Assembly: GCA_013360305.1 (NCBI GenBank)
Contig: JABWCK010000001.1
Span: forward strand, 17,209-81,208
Direction: 5' to 3'
Length of the DNA stretch: 64,000 bases
Source: Candidatus Micrarchaeota archaeon
GTDB taxonomy: Archaea > Micrarchaeota > Micrarchaeia > Norongarragalinales > Norongarragalinaceae
Part shown: piece by piece, positions 27,435 to 35,863 of the stretch
Position numbering within the stretch: the first letter of the stretch is position 1
Layout of the letters: each line of letters opens with the position of its first letter
Notes under the pieces: model-generated
Told to the model about the DNA's origin: nothing
Seen by the model: only the letters and a program-made list of their open reading frames with translations
The model's database searches: none
Position numbers and translations under genes: made by a program

Positions 27435-28783
27435 TTCAACAAACTCATTAACGCACTGGACTTTATTGGTCTTACCTTCCTAGCGTTAGTTTCAGTAAAA
27501 TCTTTATTGCTAGCAGCAAAACTTGGACCCGCAAGCAAGTATGGAACAGAATCGGCAGAGTGTGCTTTTTTTTCAACCGGAGTACAATGATCGCCCGTGA
27601 CTAGTAATCGCGTTGTTTTCAAATCTATTTTTTTCTTTAAAACCGAGAAAAACAACAAGTCAATTTCTTTCAACACGCGTACTTTTTCTTTCACTAAACC
27701 ATCATGCGACGGCAAGTCTGGGGTTTTCAAGTGGACGTAAACTTTATTGTTTTTTTTCAATGCTTGAATTGCTTTATTCGCGCGGTAAGCATAGTCTCGC
27801 TTGTCTAGAAACGCGTGTTTTATTGGAACTCTCTTCATTTCGAGCAGTTTTCCAATTCCTTTTTCTAAAGGCATGTCTGCTAAAATCGCCCAGTCCTTCA
27901 AGTAATTTGGAGGTTTGCGCAAACGAGTTTCCGCATCCCTCAACAACAAGCAGTTAGCAGGCATTTTTCCTTGTTTTATTCTTTTTTTATTAATGCTTGA
28001 TTTTTCTAGTACTGCGTTTGTTTTTTCAACGAACTCGTTTATTATTCTAGCAGAATTTTTTGCTTCAATTGTGGCGTCTAATGGTTTTGCTGAAATAATT
28101 TTTTTCCCTTCAGCTCCTACTGCGCGGCTAATTCCGCCCTTGTTTTTCTTTACGTATCCTGGATGAGTGTTAGTAACTTCTTTTGAATAATTCAACCCAG
28201 AAAACACTACTACTCCTCGGTAATCAACGGTTGCTTTAAAGAAGAAAGGAACGCTTAGTTTTACTTTAGTGTTTATTTCTTTCTCTAGTTTTTTTGCTTC
28301 AATAGTCGTAAAGTCTTTCCCAGGGTTTCTGTATATTACTCGCTCGTTTTTTTCACAAGCAAAATTAGTCCTCAACGCGAGTTGCCCGTTTTTGAACTTA
28401 TACCCGAGCCCCCAAGTTTCGAGTACTCCTCGCCCTAAATGGAATTTTTTATAGTCAAAGCCTAAAACCGCTAGTACTCCAACGTCGCTTTCTGGAGGAA
28501 TGCTTCCCGCAGGCAATGCGCAACCCACTATTCCTTTTCTTGAAAAATAATTCAAATTCTCGCATTTTGCTGCTTCCAAGGGCGTTTTTCCTTTTAATGT
28601 TTTACACGGCAAGTCTCCAAAACCGTCGAGGATTACTAGTAGGGTTTTCACGTTTTTCATTACGTTTTCGTTGTTTTTAACCCGCTTCCTTTTTATTTGA
28701 TTACGTGCATTTTTTTCTAGTGAAGTATTATTGCAAGAATTGTAGGAACGAGTTCGAAGCAGAAGACGCTGAAGCATGTCCAA
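27431..28783 (-). CDS. apgM: 2,3-bisphosphoglycerate-independent phosphoglycerate mutase, archaeal type (ApgM)
   Basis: KTLLVILDGFGD, LLVTGDHCTP, GVLAVLGFD; overlaps eno by 4 nt (operon); 450 aa with an N-terminal extension. Confidence 0.75.
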   Translation of the reverse strand: MDMLQRLLLRTRSYNSCNNTSLEKNARNQIKRKRVKNNENVMKNVKTLLVILDGFGDLPCKTLKGKTPLEAAKCENLNYFSRKGIVGCALPAGSIPPESDVGVLAVLGFDYKKFHLGRGVLETWGLGYKFKNGQLALRTNFACEKNERVIYRNPGKDFTTIEAKKLEKEINTKVKLSVPFFFKATVDYRGVVVFSGLNYSKEVTNTHPGYVKKNKGGISRAVGAEGKKIISAKPLDATIEAKNSARIINEFVEKTNAVLEKSSINKKRIKQGKMPANCLLLRDAETRLRKPPNYLKDWAILADMPLEKGIGKLLEMKRVPIKHAFLDKRDYAYRANKAIQALKKNNKVYVHLKTPDLPSHDGLVKEKVRVLKEIDLLFFSVLKKKIDLKTTRLLVTGDHCTPVEKKAHSADSVPYLLAGPSFAASNKDFTETNARKVRPIKSSALMSLLK

Positions 28784-29025
28784 AATGCCACAGTAAGCAC
28801 TTGGATAAAAAACAAGAAGACTCTAAACCCACGACTGAGAAAAAGTTTTACTCTTCTACAGGAATGGTTTACGGCGACACAAAGCAAGCTTGGAAGAGTT
28901 TTCACTCACAAAGCCTGACTACTCAATGCAGGAAGTGCGGTTCTGAAAAATTCAAGAACGACGTAAAACACCGTGAGAGAATTTGTTCTCAATGCGGAGA
29001 AATTTATCCACTGCCAAGGAGATAG
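28705..29025 (+). CDS. Small zinc-ribbon protein (two CxxC pairs x2)
   Basis: CKNCRNEF...CPKCHSK and CRKCGSEK...CSQCGEIY; 106 aa. Confidence 0.35.
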   Translation: MHFFLVKYYCKNCRNEFEAEDAEACPKCHSKHLDKKQEDSKPTTEKKFYSSTGMVYGDTKQAWKSFHSQSLTTQCRKCGSEKFKNDVKHRERICSQCGEIYPLPRR

Positions 29026-29332
29026 GAAAATGGGCTTTCTAGATTTTGTCGGCGATTTGAAAAACTTCGTAATGGTTAGTTACTACTCTATTTTCGAAAT
29101 ATTATTCGGGGCTTATACTGTGCCAATATATGTTTGGTTGTTAATTGGCGTATTATTCGCCATAGCTTTCCTAGCAAGATGAAAAAATTCAAGTTTAAAC
29201 CCTACGAAAAACCCTTCTTAGTCTTTATTACGCTAGTGATAGTTTTGTTTTTGTTCATGGTTTACGCCTCTTAAGCGGAACGAAACCCCAATAAGAGTTA
29301 AAAATACTCTTCCACCCTATAACTTGTTTTGA

Positions 29333-32002
29333 ATGAATTTAAGCAAAGAAATTATTGACTTATTGAAAACCAAGGGCTTTGATGACTTTAGCGAAGCCCA
29401 GAAGCAAGCAATTCCCCTCATTAAAGACAAGCACGACGTATTGGTGATTGCTCCAACTGGTTCAGGCAAAACCGAAGCAGCCGTATTACCAATACTCGAC
29501 TCTATTCTAGAAAAGAAAAAGAAAGGAGAAGCAGTACTAGGCATTCAAGCACTATACATTACTCCTCTTCGTGCATTGAATCGAGACATGCTGCTTAGGT
29601 TGAACTTTTGGTGTGACTTACTAGGGATAACTATCGGAGTACGCCACGGAGATACTTCTTCTTCTGAACGAGCCAAGCAAAGAGATTTACCACCTAATTT
29701 TTTGATTACTACTCCCGAAACACTCGAGTCGTTGTTAATTGCTCCAAAATTGTCCGATTACTTGAAGAACGTTGAATTCGTTGTTGTTGATGAAGTGCAT
29801 GAGCTAGTCGACTCGAAGAGGGGCATTCAATTAAGCGTTGCTTTACAAAGACTAAAACAAAAAACTAGTTTTCAAACAATCGGTTTGTCTGCTACTGTGG
29901 GCGACGAAAAACTGGTTTCAAGATTCTTAAGCGATACCGCAAAAACCGTAAAAATTGGTTTGCCTAAAAAAATTCTTTTTTCCGTAGAATTGCCAACCAA
30001 GTCAAAAAAATCTTACTTAGGCTTAAGCAATGAAACTAATTCCAAACTAGGTAGAATAATCGACTTGATTTTAACTCACAATAGGTCTTTAATTTTTGTT
30101 AATACTCGATACACTGCAGAAAGTTTGGCGTCGTTGTTAATGCAGATTCCAGATGCTAAAGACTCGATTGCAGTGCATCATTCTTCACTATCCAAGGAAA
30201 GCCGTTTGGAAGTAGAGGAAGAATTCAAGAAAAACGCTTCAAAACTAAAAGCAATAATTTGCACTTCAAGCCTAGAATTAGGAATAGATGTCGGTGCGAT
30301 TGATTTAGTAATACAATACGTTTCTCCCCGTCAAGCTTCTCGTTTGCTTCAAAGAGTTGGTCGAAGCGGCCACAAACTAACCGGCGTGCCCAAGGGAATA
30401 ATTGTAGCTACTGACGCAATGGATGCGTTGGAAGCTGCTGCTTTAACCCACAAAGCAACTCTGGGTAGGTTGGAAGAATTATTGTACGAAGCAAAACCTT
30501 ATGACATTTTAATCCACCAACTAGCTGGTTTAGCTTTAGACTACGAGTCAATCACTAAAACTAAAGCGTTAGAAATAATTCAAAAAGCACTACCCTTCGT
30601 TAACTTGTCCATGGAAGAAGTAACTGCAGCATTAGAATTCATGCAGCAATTAAGAATAATCATCCTGACCCCGACCGGCTTCGTAAAAACCAGCCGCACT
30701 AAGTGGTATTATTACGAAAACGTTTCAATGATTCCCGACGACAAAAAGTATTTCGTTAAAAATTATTCCACTCGCAAAAACGTTGGAGTATTAGACGAAG
30801 CATTCGTTTCTGAATACTTACAAGAAGGAAAAACGTTTATTACTCGCGGAAAAGCATGGAAAGTCGTTTCAATTGAAGACAACGAGTTGATTGTAGAACA
30901 AGCTGAAGATTATACTGCCGCAGTTCCAGACTGGGTCGGTCAAGAAATACCTGTAGAAGAAGACACGGCACAACTAGTATTATCCTTCTTCCAAGGCAAA
31001 AACCAAGACGTATTGAAAGAATACTGCGACGAGCCGGCTTTGAAAAGCATTGAAAAATTATTGAAAAAACAAGCTGAATACTTCACTCCAGAAAAAGTAG
31101 TAATAGAATTCAACGGAGACGCCGCGTTGATGCACTCGTTTGCAGGAAATAAGGCAAACGAAGCACTCGCTAGAATATTCGGCGCGTTCTTTTCATCTGC
31201 ATTAGGTTCGGGAGTTAGAACCAACTCGAACACGTATGGGGTTTTCTTTGAATTTCCACAACCCGTTTCTTTAGAAAAACTATCAACGCTTATTGAAACT
31301 GCTTCAAAATCAAACGTGGAAGTCGTGCTAGAAAAAGCATTACTAGAAACCTCTTTGTACCGAAGGTTATTCGTTCACAATGCTAAAAGAATGGGCGCGA
31401 TAAAAAAAGACGCGGATTATTCCTCGATTAGCTTAAAACGTTTAGTCAAAGCATTTCAAGGCAGCATAGTTGAAGAAGAAGCCTTGAAGGAATTAAAACA
31501 CGAGTATTTTGATTTAGCTTCTGCTAAAAAGTGCCTGAGTAAAGAAAAACAATTTTTAGTAGTAAAAAACTGGTCGCCTTTAGCACAAGCGTTCTTTTCA
31601 TTCGGAGGATTTACTGAATTATTTGTTCCTGCTGACCCGACGAGTCAAGTTACTGAAGCATTCAAGAAAAGTTTAGAAGAAAAAACAGTTCGATTGAAGT
31701 GTTTGTACTGCAATAAAACTTTCGCTTATGCTTTGTCTTCAAGCGAACAACCTGCTTGTTTTTATTGCAATTCAAAAAGACTAACTCTAGAAAAAGCAAA
31801 AGGCAACGACGCTGAAAGAATAGGTTCTTTAGTTTCGTCTTATGGCAAGAACGCGTTGATTGCTTTAGAAACTTACGGCGTAGGCAGCGAAAACGCGGCG
31901 CGAGTCTTATCCCGGCTGCACAAGAATGAAGACGAGTTTTATGTGGATTTGCTTGAAGCACAAAAAACCTTCATGCGCACTAAAAAATACTGGCGGGTTT
32001 AA
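29333..32002 (+). CDS. Lhr-like DExH-box ATP-dependent helicase with C-terminal zinc ribbon
   Basis: Walker A APTGSGKTEAA; DEVH box (VVVDEVHELVD); motif III GLSATVGD; motif VI QRVGRSGH; C-terminal CLYCNK...CFYCNSK; 889 aa. Confidence 0.65.
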   Translation: MNLSKEIIDLLKTKGFDDFSEAQKQAIPLIKDKHDVLVIAPTGSGKTEAAVLPILDSILEKKKKGEAVLGIQALYITPLRALNRDMLLRLNFWCDLLGITIGVRHGDTSSSERAKQRDLPPNFLITTPETLESLLIAPKLSDYLKNVEFVVVDEVHELVDSKRGIQLSVALQRLKQKTSFQTIGLSATVGDEKLVSRFLSDTAKTVKIGLPKKILFSVELPTKSKKSYLGLSNETNSKLGRIIDLILTHNRSLIFVNTRYTAESLASLLMQIPDAKDSIAVHHSSLSKESRLEVEEEFKKNASKLKAIICTSSLELGIDVGAIDLVIQYVSPRQASRLLQRVGRSGHKLTGVPKGIIVATDAMDALEAAALTHKATLGRLEELLYEAKPYDILIHQLAGLALDYESITKTKALEIIQKALPFVNLSMEEVTAALEFMQQLRIIILTPTGFVKTSRTKWYYYENVSMIPDDKKYFVKNYSTRKNVGVLDEAFVSEYLQEGKTFITRGKAWKVVSIEDNELIVEQAEDYTAAVPDWVGQEIPVEEDTAQLVLSFFQGKNQDVLKEYCDEPALKSIEKLLKKQAEYFTPEKVVIEFNGDAALMHSFAGNKANEALARIFGAFFSSALGSGVRTNSNTYGVFFEFPQPVSLEKLSTLIETASKSNVEVVLEKALLETSLYRRLFVHNAKRMGAIKKDADYSSISLKRLVKAFQGSIVEEEALKELKHEYFDLASAKKCLSKEKQFLVVKNWSPLAQAFFSFGGFTELFVPADPTSQVTEAFKKSLEEKTVRLKCLYCNKTFAYALSSSEQPACFYCNSKRLTLEKAKGNDAERIGSLVSSYGKNALIALETYGVGSENAARVLSRLHKNEDEFYVDLLEAQKTFMRTKKYWRV

Positions 32003-32117
32003 ATTTTTTTCTTCAAAAAACCTTTTTCCGGAATAAACTCGATAGAAAACTCGCCTTTAGGTGGTTCTTCTTCAGAAAAATCCGGCTCAATTATTTTAAC
32101 TAGCTTGGGTTTTTTCA

Positions 32118-32591
32118 TTAAATTATCCTCGGCTTGTTGGGTTTTTTATCCTCGAAAACACCTTCAAGTGCGTTAGGGTTTTGTTCAAAAAATTTAGCCG
32201 CTTCCTTGTTCAACGGATCCCTCGGGTTGGGGTGTTTCAATAAGTGTTCCAATGCCTTAACTACCGAAACCACTGTTTGGTTCTCGCTCCAATCATTAAC
32301 TAATTGAATGCAAACAATTCCATCTTCTGCCCGAATATTTGGGTGAAATATTGGCGTAAGCCAGTAAACCATTATTCCTCCCGGGTAAGGATAACTGCGC
32401 AACAAGTCTATTTCTGCAGTGTGGGATTCTCTTTTCATCAAAGAATTATTTTGCTTATGCAACGCCGGCCCGTGCACGGTTACTACGTACTTGTTTTTTT
32501 CAGGATTAACTTCAAACTTGAATCCCGATGAAAGCATTTGATTATATTCGCTTTGCAAGCGGCGGTTGTATATTTCCGAAGGTAATTCCAT
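32118..32591 (-). CDS. Ubiquitin-conjugating enzyme E2 (UBC fold)
   Basis: NRRLQSEYNQML...YPYPGGIMVYWLTPIFHPNIRAEDGIVCIQLVNDWSENQTVVSVVKALEHLLKHPNPRDPLN: HPN motif, catalytic Cys, the Trp and the PNP.DPL motif of eukaryotic UBC domains; 157 aa. Confidence 0.85.
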   Translation of the reverse strand: MELPSEIYNRRLQSEYNQMLSSGFKFEVNPEKNKYVVTVHGPALHKQNNSLMKRESHTAEIDLLRSYPYPGGIMVYWLTPIFHPNIRAEDGIVCIQLVNDWSENQTVVSVVKALEHLLKHPNPRDPLNKEAAKFFEQNPNALEGVFEDKKPNKPRII

Positions 32592-32855
32592 TCAAAGCGC
32601 CTCTTTAACAGACTGAATTCCTTCCCTGCTCAACCCACGAATAGCTATGTAGTGATAATTAGCCTGCATTCCAATGCTTTCTGCCCGCGCGTTAGAAAAG
32701 TTTTGTTGAAAAAACGAATTCAAACTCTTTATCGTCGGTTCTGGAGATGGGTTGTTGATGGTGTTGAGTTTGATTATTATTTCAGTATCCGTGAATTCGG
32801 CCTTCAAAGAATAAGGTTTTAGTTTGGAAGCTAGTTTCTCGAAAAACTCGTTCAT
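32592..32855 (-). CDS. Hypothetical 87-aa protein translationally coupled to the E2 gene
   Basis: Stop abuts the E2 start codon (32592/32591); no Cys, no motif. Confidence 0.4.
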   Translation of the reverse strand: MNEFFEKLASKLKPYSLKAEFTDTEIIIKLNTINNPSPEPTIKSLNSFFQQNFSNARAESIGMQANYHYIAIRGLSREGIQSVKEAL

Positions 32856-32890
32856 GTCATTACTTACTCAAGAAAAGAATAAACGCTTTT

Positions 32891-33736
32891 CTACAACCAG
32901 CCTTTCTTCTTCATCCACAAGGCGGCGGTTAGTGTTACTATTATTTGGCCGACAATTACTGCCGGATACGCCCATTCGATTGCTAATTCGGGCATGTATA
33001 TGAAATTCATTCCAAAGTGTCCTGCTATGATGTTTGGAATCATTAAAACAATCGTTATTCCTGTCAATCTTTTTACTACGAGGTTCAATTCTTCAATTCT
33101 CTTGTTAGTTTCTTTAGTTTGTTTAGAGTCAATTTCCCACTGAATGTCCCTCAACTGGCTTAAATGGTTTCTACAACGGTCGAGTAATTGTTGCGCTTTA
33201 GTGTAAACCAAGTCGTAATCGTAAGCAACCAATCCCGTGTTTACTTGTTTTATTTTTCTTTCTTCCAAACTAGTCAACAATATTACGAAGTCTTCGATTC
33301 TGTTAGTGAGTTTTCTTAATTTTACCGTCGCGTCTTCTACGATTTCTGCTTTCAAACCTTTTTCTATTACGTCAATGTTTTCGTCTATTTGGTTGAATGT
33401 TTGCTGATAGTTTTTGACTATTGCTCTGAGCGTAAGCAAGCTCAAAACCGAACTCTCTCCGTATTGTTTTTGCATTGAAATGCGAAACATTTTGTAATCA
33501 TTGTCGTTGAATTGCTTGTTTTCCGAATAAAGCAAGGCGTTTTTCTCGCTGAGCAAAAGAATATTGTTTTTTGGTTCATTAGTTCCGTTATAGTCGCGCA
33601 CGCTGATGATTACGTAATCTTCGTAAGACTCTAAGAAGACGATGTTTAAACTAAGCAATTCATCCAAGTTTACGGCTACGCCTAGTTCAATAGCTCTTTT
33701 TTTAAAGTCGTCAAAATTAACGAAGGTTTCAATCAT
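32891..33736 (-). CDS. corA: CorA-family divalent-cation (Mg2+/Co2+) transporter
   Basis: C-terminal GMNFIYMPEL plus two TM helices (CorA GMN motif); 281 aa. Confidence 0.65.
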   Translation of the reverse strand: MIETFVNFDDFKKRAIELGVAVNLDELLSLNIVFLESYEDYVIISVRDYNGTNEPKNNILLLSEKNALLYSENKQFNDNDYKMFRISMQKQYGESSVLSLLTLRAIVKNYQQTFNQIDENIDVIEKGLKAEIVEDATVKLRKLTNRIEDFVILLTSLEERKIKQVNTGLVAYDYDLVYTKAQQLLDRCRNHLSQLRDIQWEIDSKQTKETNKRIEELNLVVKRLTGITIVLMIPNIIAGHFGMNFIYMPELAIEWAYPAVIVGQIIVTLTAALWMKKKGWL

Positions 33737-33765
33737 TGCTAAATGAATTAACTATTTAGTTGTTT

Positions 33766-34014
33766 TTAAGCTGAGCCCCCTGTTGGATCAGGGATTAATA
33801 GCAATTTAGCTCCTTCTGTCAGACCCGCATCTTGAATCGTGAGCGTCGGTTCGAGTATTTTGTTGTCTTCAGTGGATAAAATAAACCTGTCTTTTAACTG
33901 CAAGTTTTCCATTAATACTTCCAAAACACTTTGGATTGTGAATTCTGGCTCCACTGCCATAGTTATTTCTTTACCTGAAGTAGTTTGAATAATCACGATA
34001 TTAAACTCAGTCAT
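33766..34014 (-). CDS. Ubiquitin homologue (beta-grasp), precursor form with C-terminal GG followed by Ser-Ala
   Basis: IVIIQTTSGKEITMAVEPEFTIQSVLEVLMENLQLKDRFILSTEDNKILEPTLTIQDAGLTEGAKLLLI...TGGSA aligns position by position with eukaryotic ubiquitin ([34 protein letters not shown]...LVLRLRGG); 82 aa. Confidence 0.85.
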   Translation of the reverse strand: MTEFNIVIIQTTSGKEITMAVEPEFTIQSVLEVLMENLQLKDRFILSTEDNKILEPTLTIQDAGLTEGAKLLLIPDPTGGSA

Positions 34015-34076
34015 TTGCTTTTCACCACTTTTTATTTTCGGAAAGAGATTTTATATTAGTTTTGAGTGGTTCTTAT
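34015..34076. promoter_or_regulatory. Divergent AT-rich promoter region between the ubiquitin gene and the GG-protein/JAMM/RING operon
   Basis: TTTTTATTTT and TTTTATATTA TATA-like boxes in a 62-bp divergent spacer. Confidence 0.3.
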
Positions 34077-34724
34077 ATGCCTGCGGATTCAGATGATTTG
34101 AAAGAGTATAGTTTTGCTGAAAGCGATTTCGTTGCTAAGAAAAAAAAGCCAGAGCCCTTCGTCAGTGGAGCCGTTGAACGTTCCGTTGACGCTGAACCCA
34201 AACCAGATTTAAAACCCGCCGCCCCTAAAGAAATTACTCCCCAGCCAAAAATCGTTTCACCCACTAGACCTGCAGTTTTCGTTACCGGCATTGTACAAAA
34301 AGAAAAAACCCCAAAAGAAGAGCCAAAGACTGAAGACTCTCGAGTAATCGATTCATTACCTAAAGAAGAGCCTTTGAAAGTAACTGAAGAAGAAAAGCCA
34401 AAGAAATTATTTGAAGAAAAAAAACCAGAAGTAAAAAACGTCAAGCAACCCGAAAAAAAACCAGCCGTAAAGAAAACCGTTGACTGGAGCTTGTTTGATG
34501 AAGCTGTTTCTAAAGGAAAGACGCCCAACCAAGCCGTAGAACTAGCTACTGACAAAGACGTAGTAAAACAAATACGCCAAGACGCTTCAGCTGATATTTT
34601 ACCTGTCCAAAGAAGCGTCGACCGAGCATTAAACAAGGAAGCTCAAGCGCAGGAAGCCATTCGAAAATATGAAGAAAACAAAGCAAAGAAAAAGGGTTTT
34701 CTTCAAAAACTCTTTGGCGGTTAA
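34077..34724 (+). CDS. Lys/Glu/Pro-rich intrinsically disordered protein ending in Gly-Gly
   Basis: Start taken at ATG 34077 (ORF track uses TTG 34062); KPEPxxK/EEKP low-complexity; terminal ...KKKGFLQKLFGG-stop; the opposite-strand ORF (34073-34636) is an S/F/G antisense artefact. Confidence 0.45.
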   Translation: MPADSDDLKEYSFAESDFVAKKKKPEPFVSGAVERSVDAEPKPDLKPAAPKEITPQPKIVSPTRPAVFVTGIVQKEKTPKEEPKTEDSRVIDSLPKEEPLKVTEEEKPKKLFEEKKPEVKNVKQPEKKPAVKKTVDWSLFDEAVSKGKTPNQAVELATDKDVVKQIRQDASADILPVQRSVDRALNKEAQAQEAIRKYEENKAKKKGFLQKLFGG

Positions 34725-34726
34725 CC

Positions 34727-35158
34727 TTGTACGAAATATACTTCGAACCAACTCCATTCAAGCAAGCATTAAGCCATTTTAAACGCGAAGCAGGAAAAAA
34801 CCTTGAAGCACTAGGCTTATTGCTCGGAGAAGTGCGAATTCACAACGGCAGGAAGTACGTGGTAGTAAAGGAATACGTTACTGCAGAAAACCACGCGTCA
34901 AGCATTTCGGTTCGATTTACTCAAAACGCATTCAAAGAACTGTCTCCAAAACTAAGCGACAAAATAATCGTTGGATGGATTCATTCACATCCTTCGTATG
35001 GTTGTTTCTTGTCCAGCACTGACGTGCGCACACAACAAGCCTTCTTCAACGAAGACTATAACTTTGCATTCGTAATAGATCCCGTTCAAAATGATTACCG
35101 CGCGTTTAGAGTAAAAAACGGACGGTATTATGAAGTTTCATTCGCAGTAATTGATTAA
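34727..35158 (+). CDS. JAMM/MPN+ metalloprotease (Rpn11/JAB1-like deubiquitinase/Ub-precursor peptidase)
   Basis: EALGLLLGE (conserved Glu) and GWIHSHPSYGCFLSSTD (HxHx7Sx2D zinc motif); only a TTG start is available in-frame; 143 aa. Confidence 0.8.
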   Translation: MYEIYFEPTPFKQALSHFKREAGKNLEALGLLLGEVRIHNGRKYVVVKEYVTAENHASSISVRFTQNAFKELSPKLSDKIIVGWIHSHPSYGCFLSSTDVRTQQAFFNEDYNFAFVIDPVQNDYRAFRVKNGRYYEVSFAVID

Positions 35159-35863
35159 ATGAAGAAAACAAAACGCAAGGAAAAAATCAAGGGCTTCGAC
35201 AAAAAATTGTTCGAAGTAGTTTCTAGCGGAGTCACTAACAAGAAAATCATTCTCGAATCCCTAGTCGTAGACGAAGGAGAATTCGACAAACGCGTTTCTT
35301 CACTGATTAAAAAGAAATTATTCGTCTACTCCGGCGAAGACTTGAAACTAGGCATTAACGCATTCGACTACTTTAAGGAAAAACCCAAGAAGACAAAACC
35401 AAAAGAAGAATCCTTAATCGAAAAATTATCTATTCCAGAAAACCCTATCGTCGTACAAACTCCTCCAAAAATCGAGCCTGAAACGAAAGAAGAACCAAGA
35501 ATAGACTTAGATTCACTACTACGTTCGGGCGCTCCAAAAGAAAACGTAATGCAAAAAACCCTGGAAGACAAGGTACTCGTTGTTTCAAGTCCACAACAAT
35601 TATCTGCCGCTGTTGGGAAGCCATTAATGACTGAAGGAGAAGAAGCCTGCGAATTATGCAAAGCAAACTTCAAGTTAAACGTCAAAAACACTTCCGACTC
35701 CAAATACGGCCACTGCTTCTGTGGGGCTGCGTATCATAAGGATTGTTATTCTGCATTACTTAATGGAACAACTCGCTGCGTTCGCTGCGGAAGAAAACTA
35801 GAACTAGTATTAGACAAACAAACAGAACAAGCACTCAAAGGACTACGCGGAGTATTCGATTAA
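35159..35863 (+). CDS. C4HC3 RING/PHD-like zinc-finger protein (candidate E3), N-terminal wH-like region
   Basis: C-terminus CELC-x18-CFC-x4-H-x2-C-x10-CVRC = C-x2-C...C-x-C-x4-H-x2-C...C-x2-C treble-clef pattern; ATG follows the JAMM stop directly (TAAATG); 234 aa. Confidence 0.5.
   Translation: MKKTKRKEKIKGFDKKLFEVVSSGVTNKKIILESLVVDEGEFDKRVSSLIKKKLFVYSGEDLKLGINAFDYFKEKPKKTKPKEESLIEKLSIPENPIVVQTPPKIEPETKEEPRIDLDSLLRSGAPKENVMQKTLEDKVLVVSSPQQLSAAVGKPLMTEGEEACELCKANFKLNVKNTSDSKYGHCFCGAAYHKDCYSALLNGTTRCVRCGRKLELVLDKQTEQALKGLRGVFD

Noticed and set aside
34073-34636. 187-aa S/F/G-rich ORF on the minus strand
   Set aside because: Mirror image of the Lys/Glu-rich plus-strand gene (AAA/GAA codons read as TTT/TTC); the plus strand fits the operon context with JAMM and RING.
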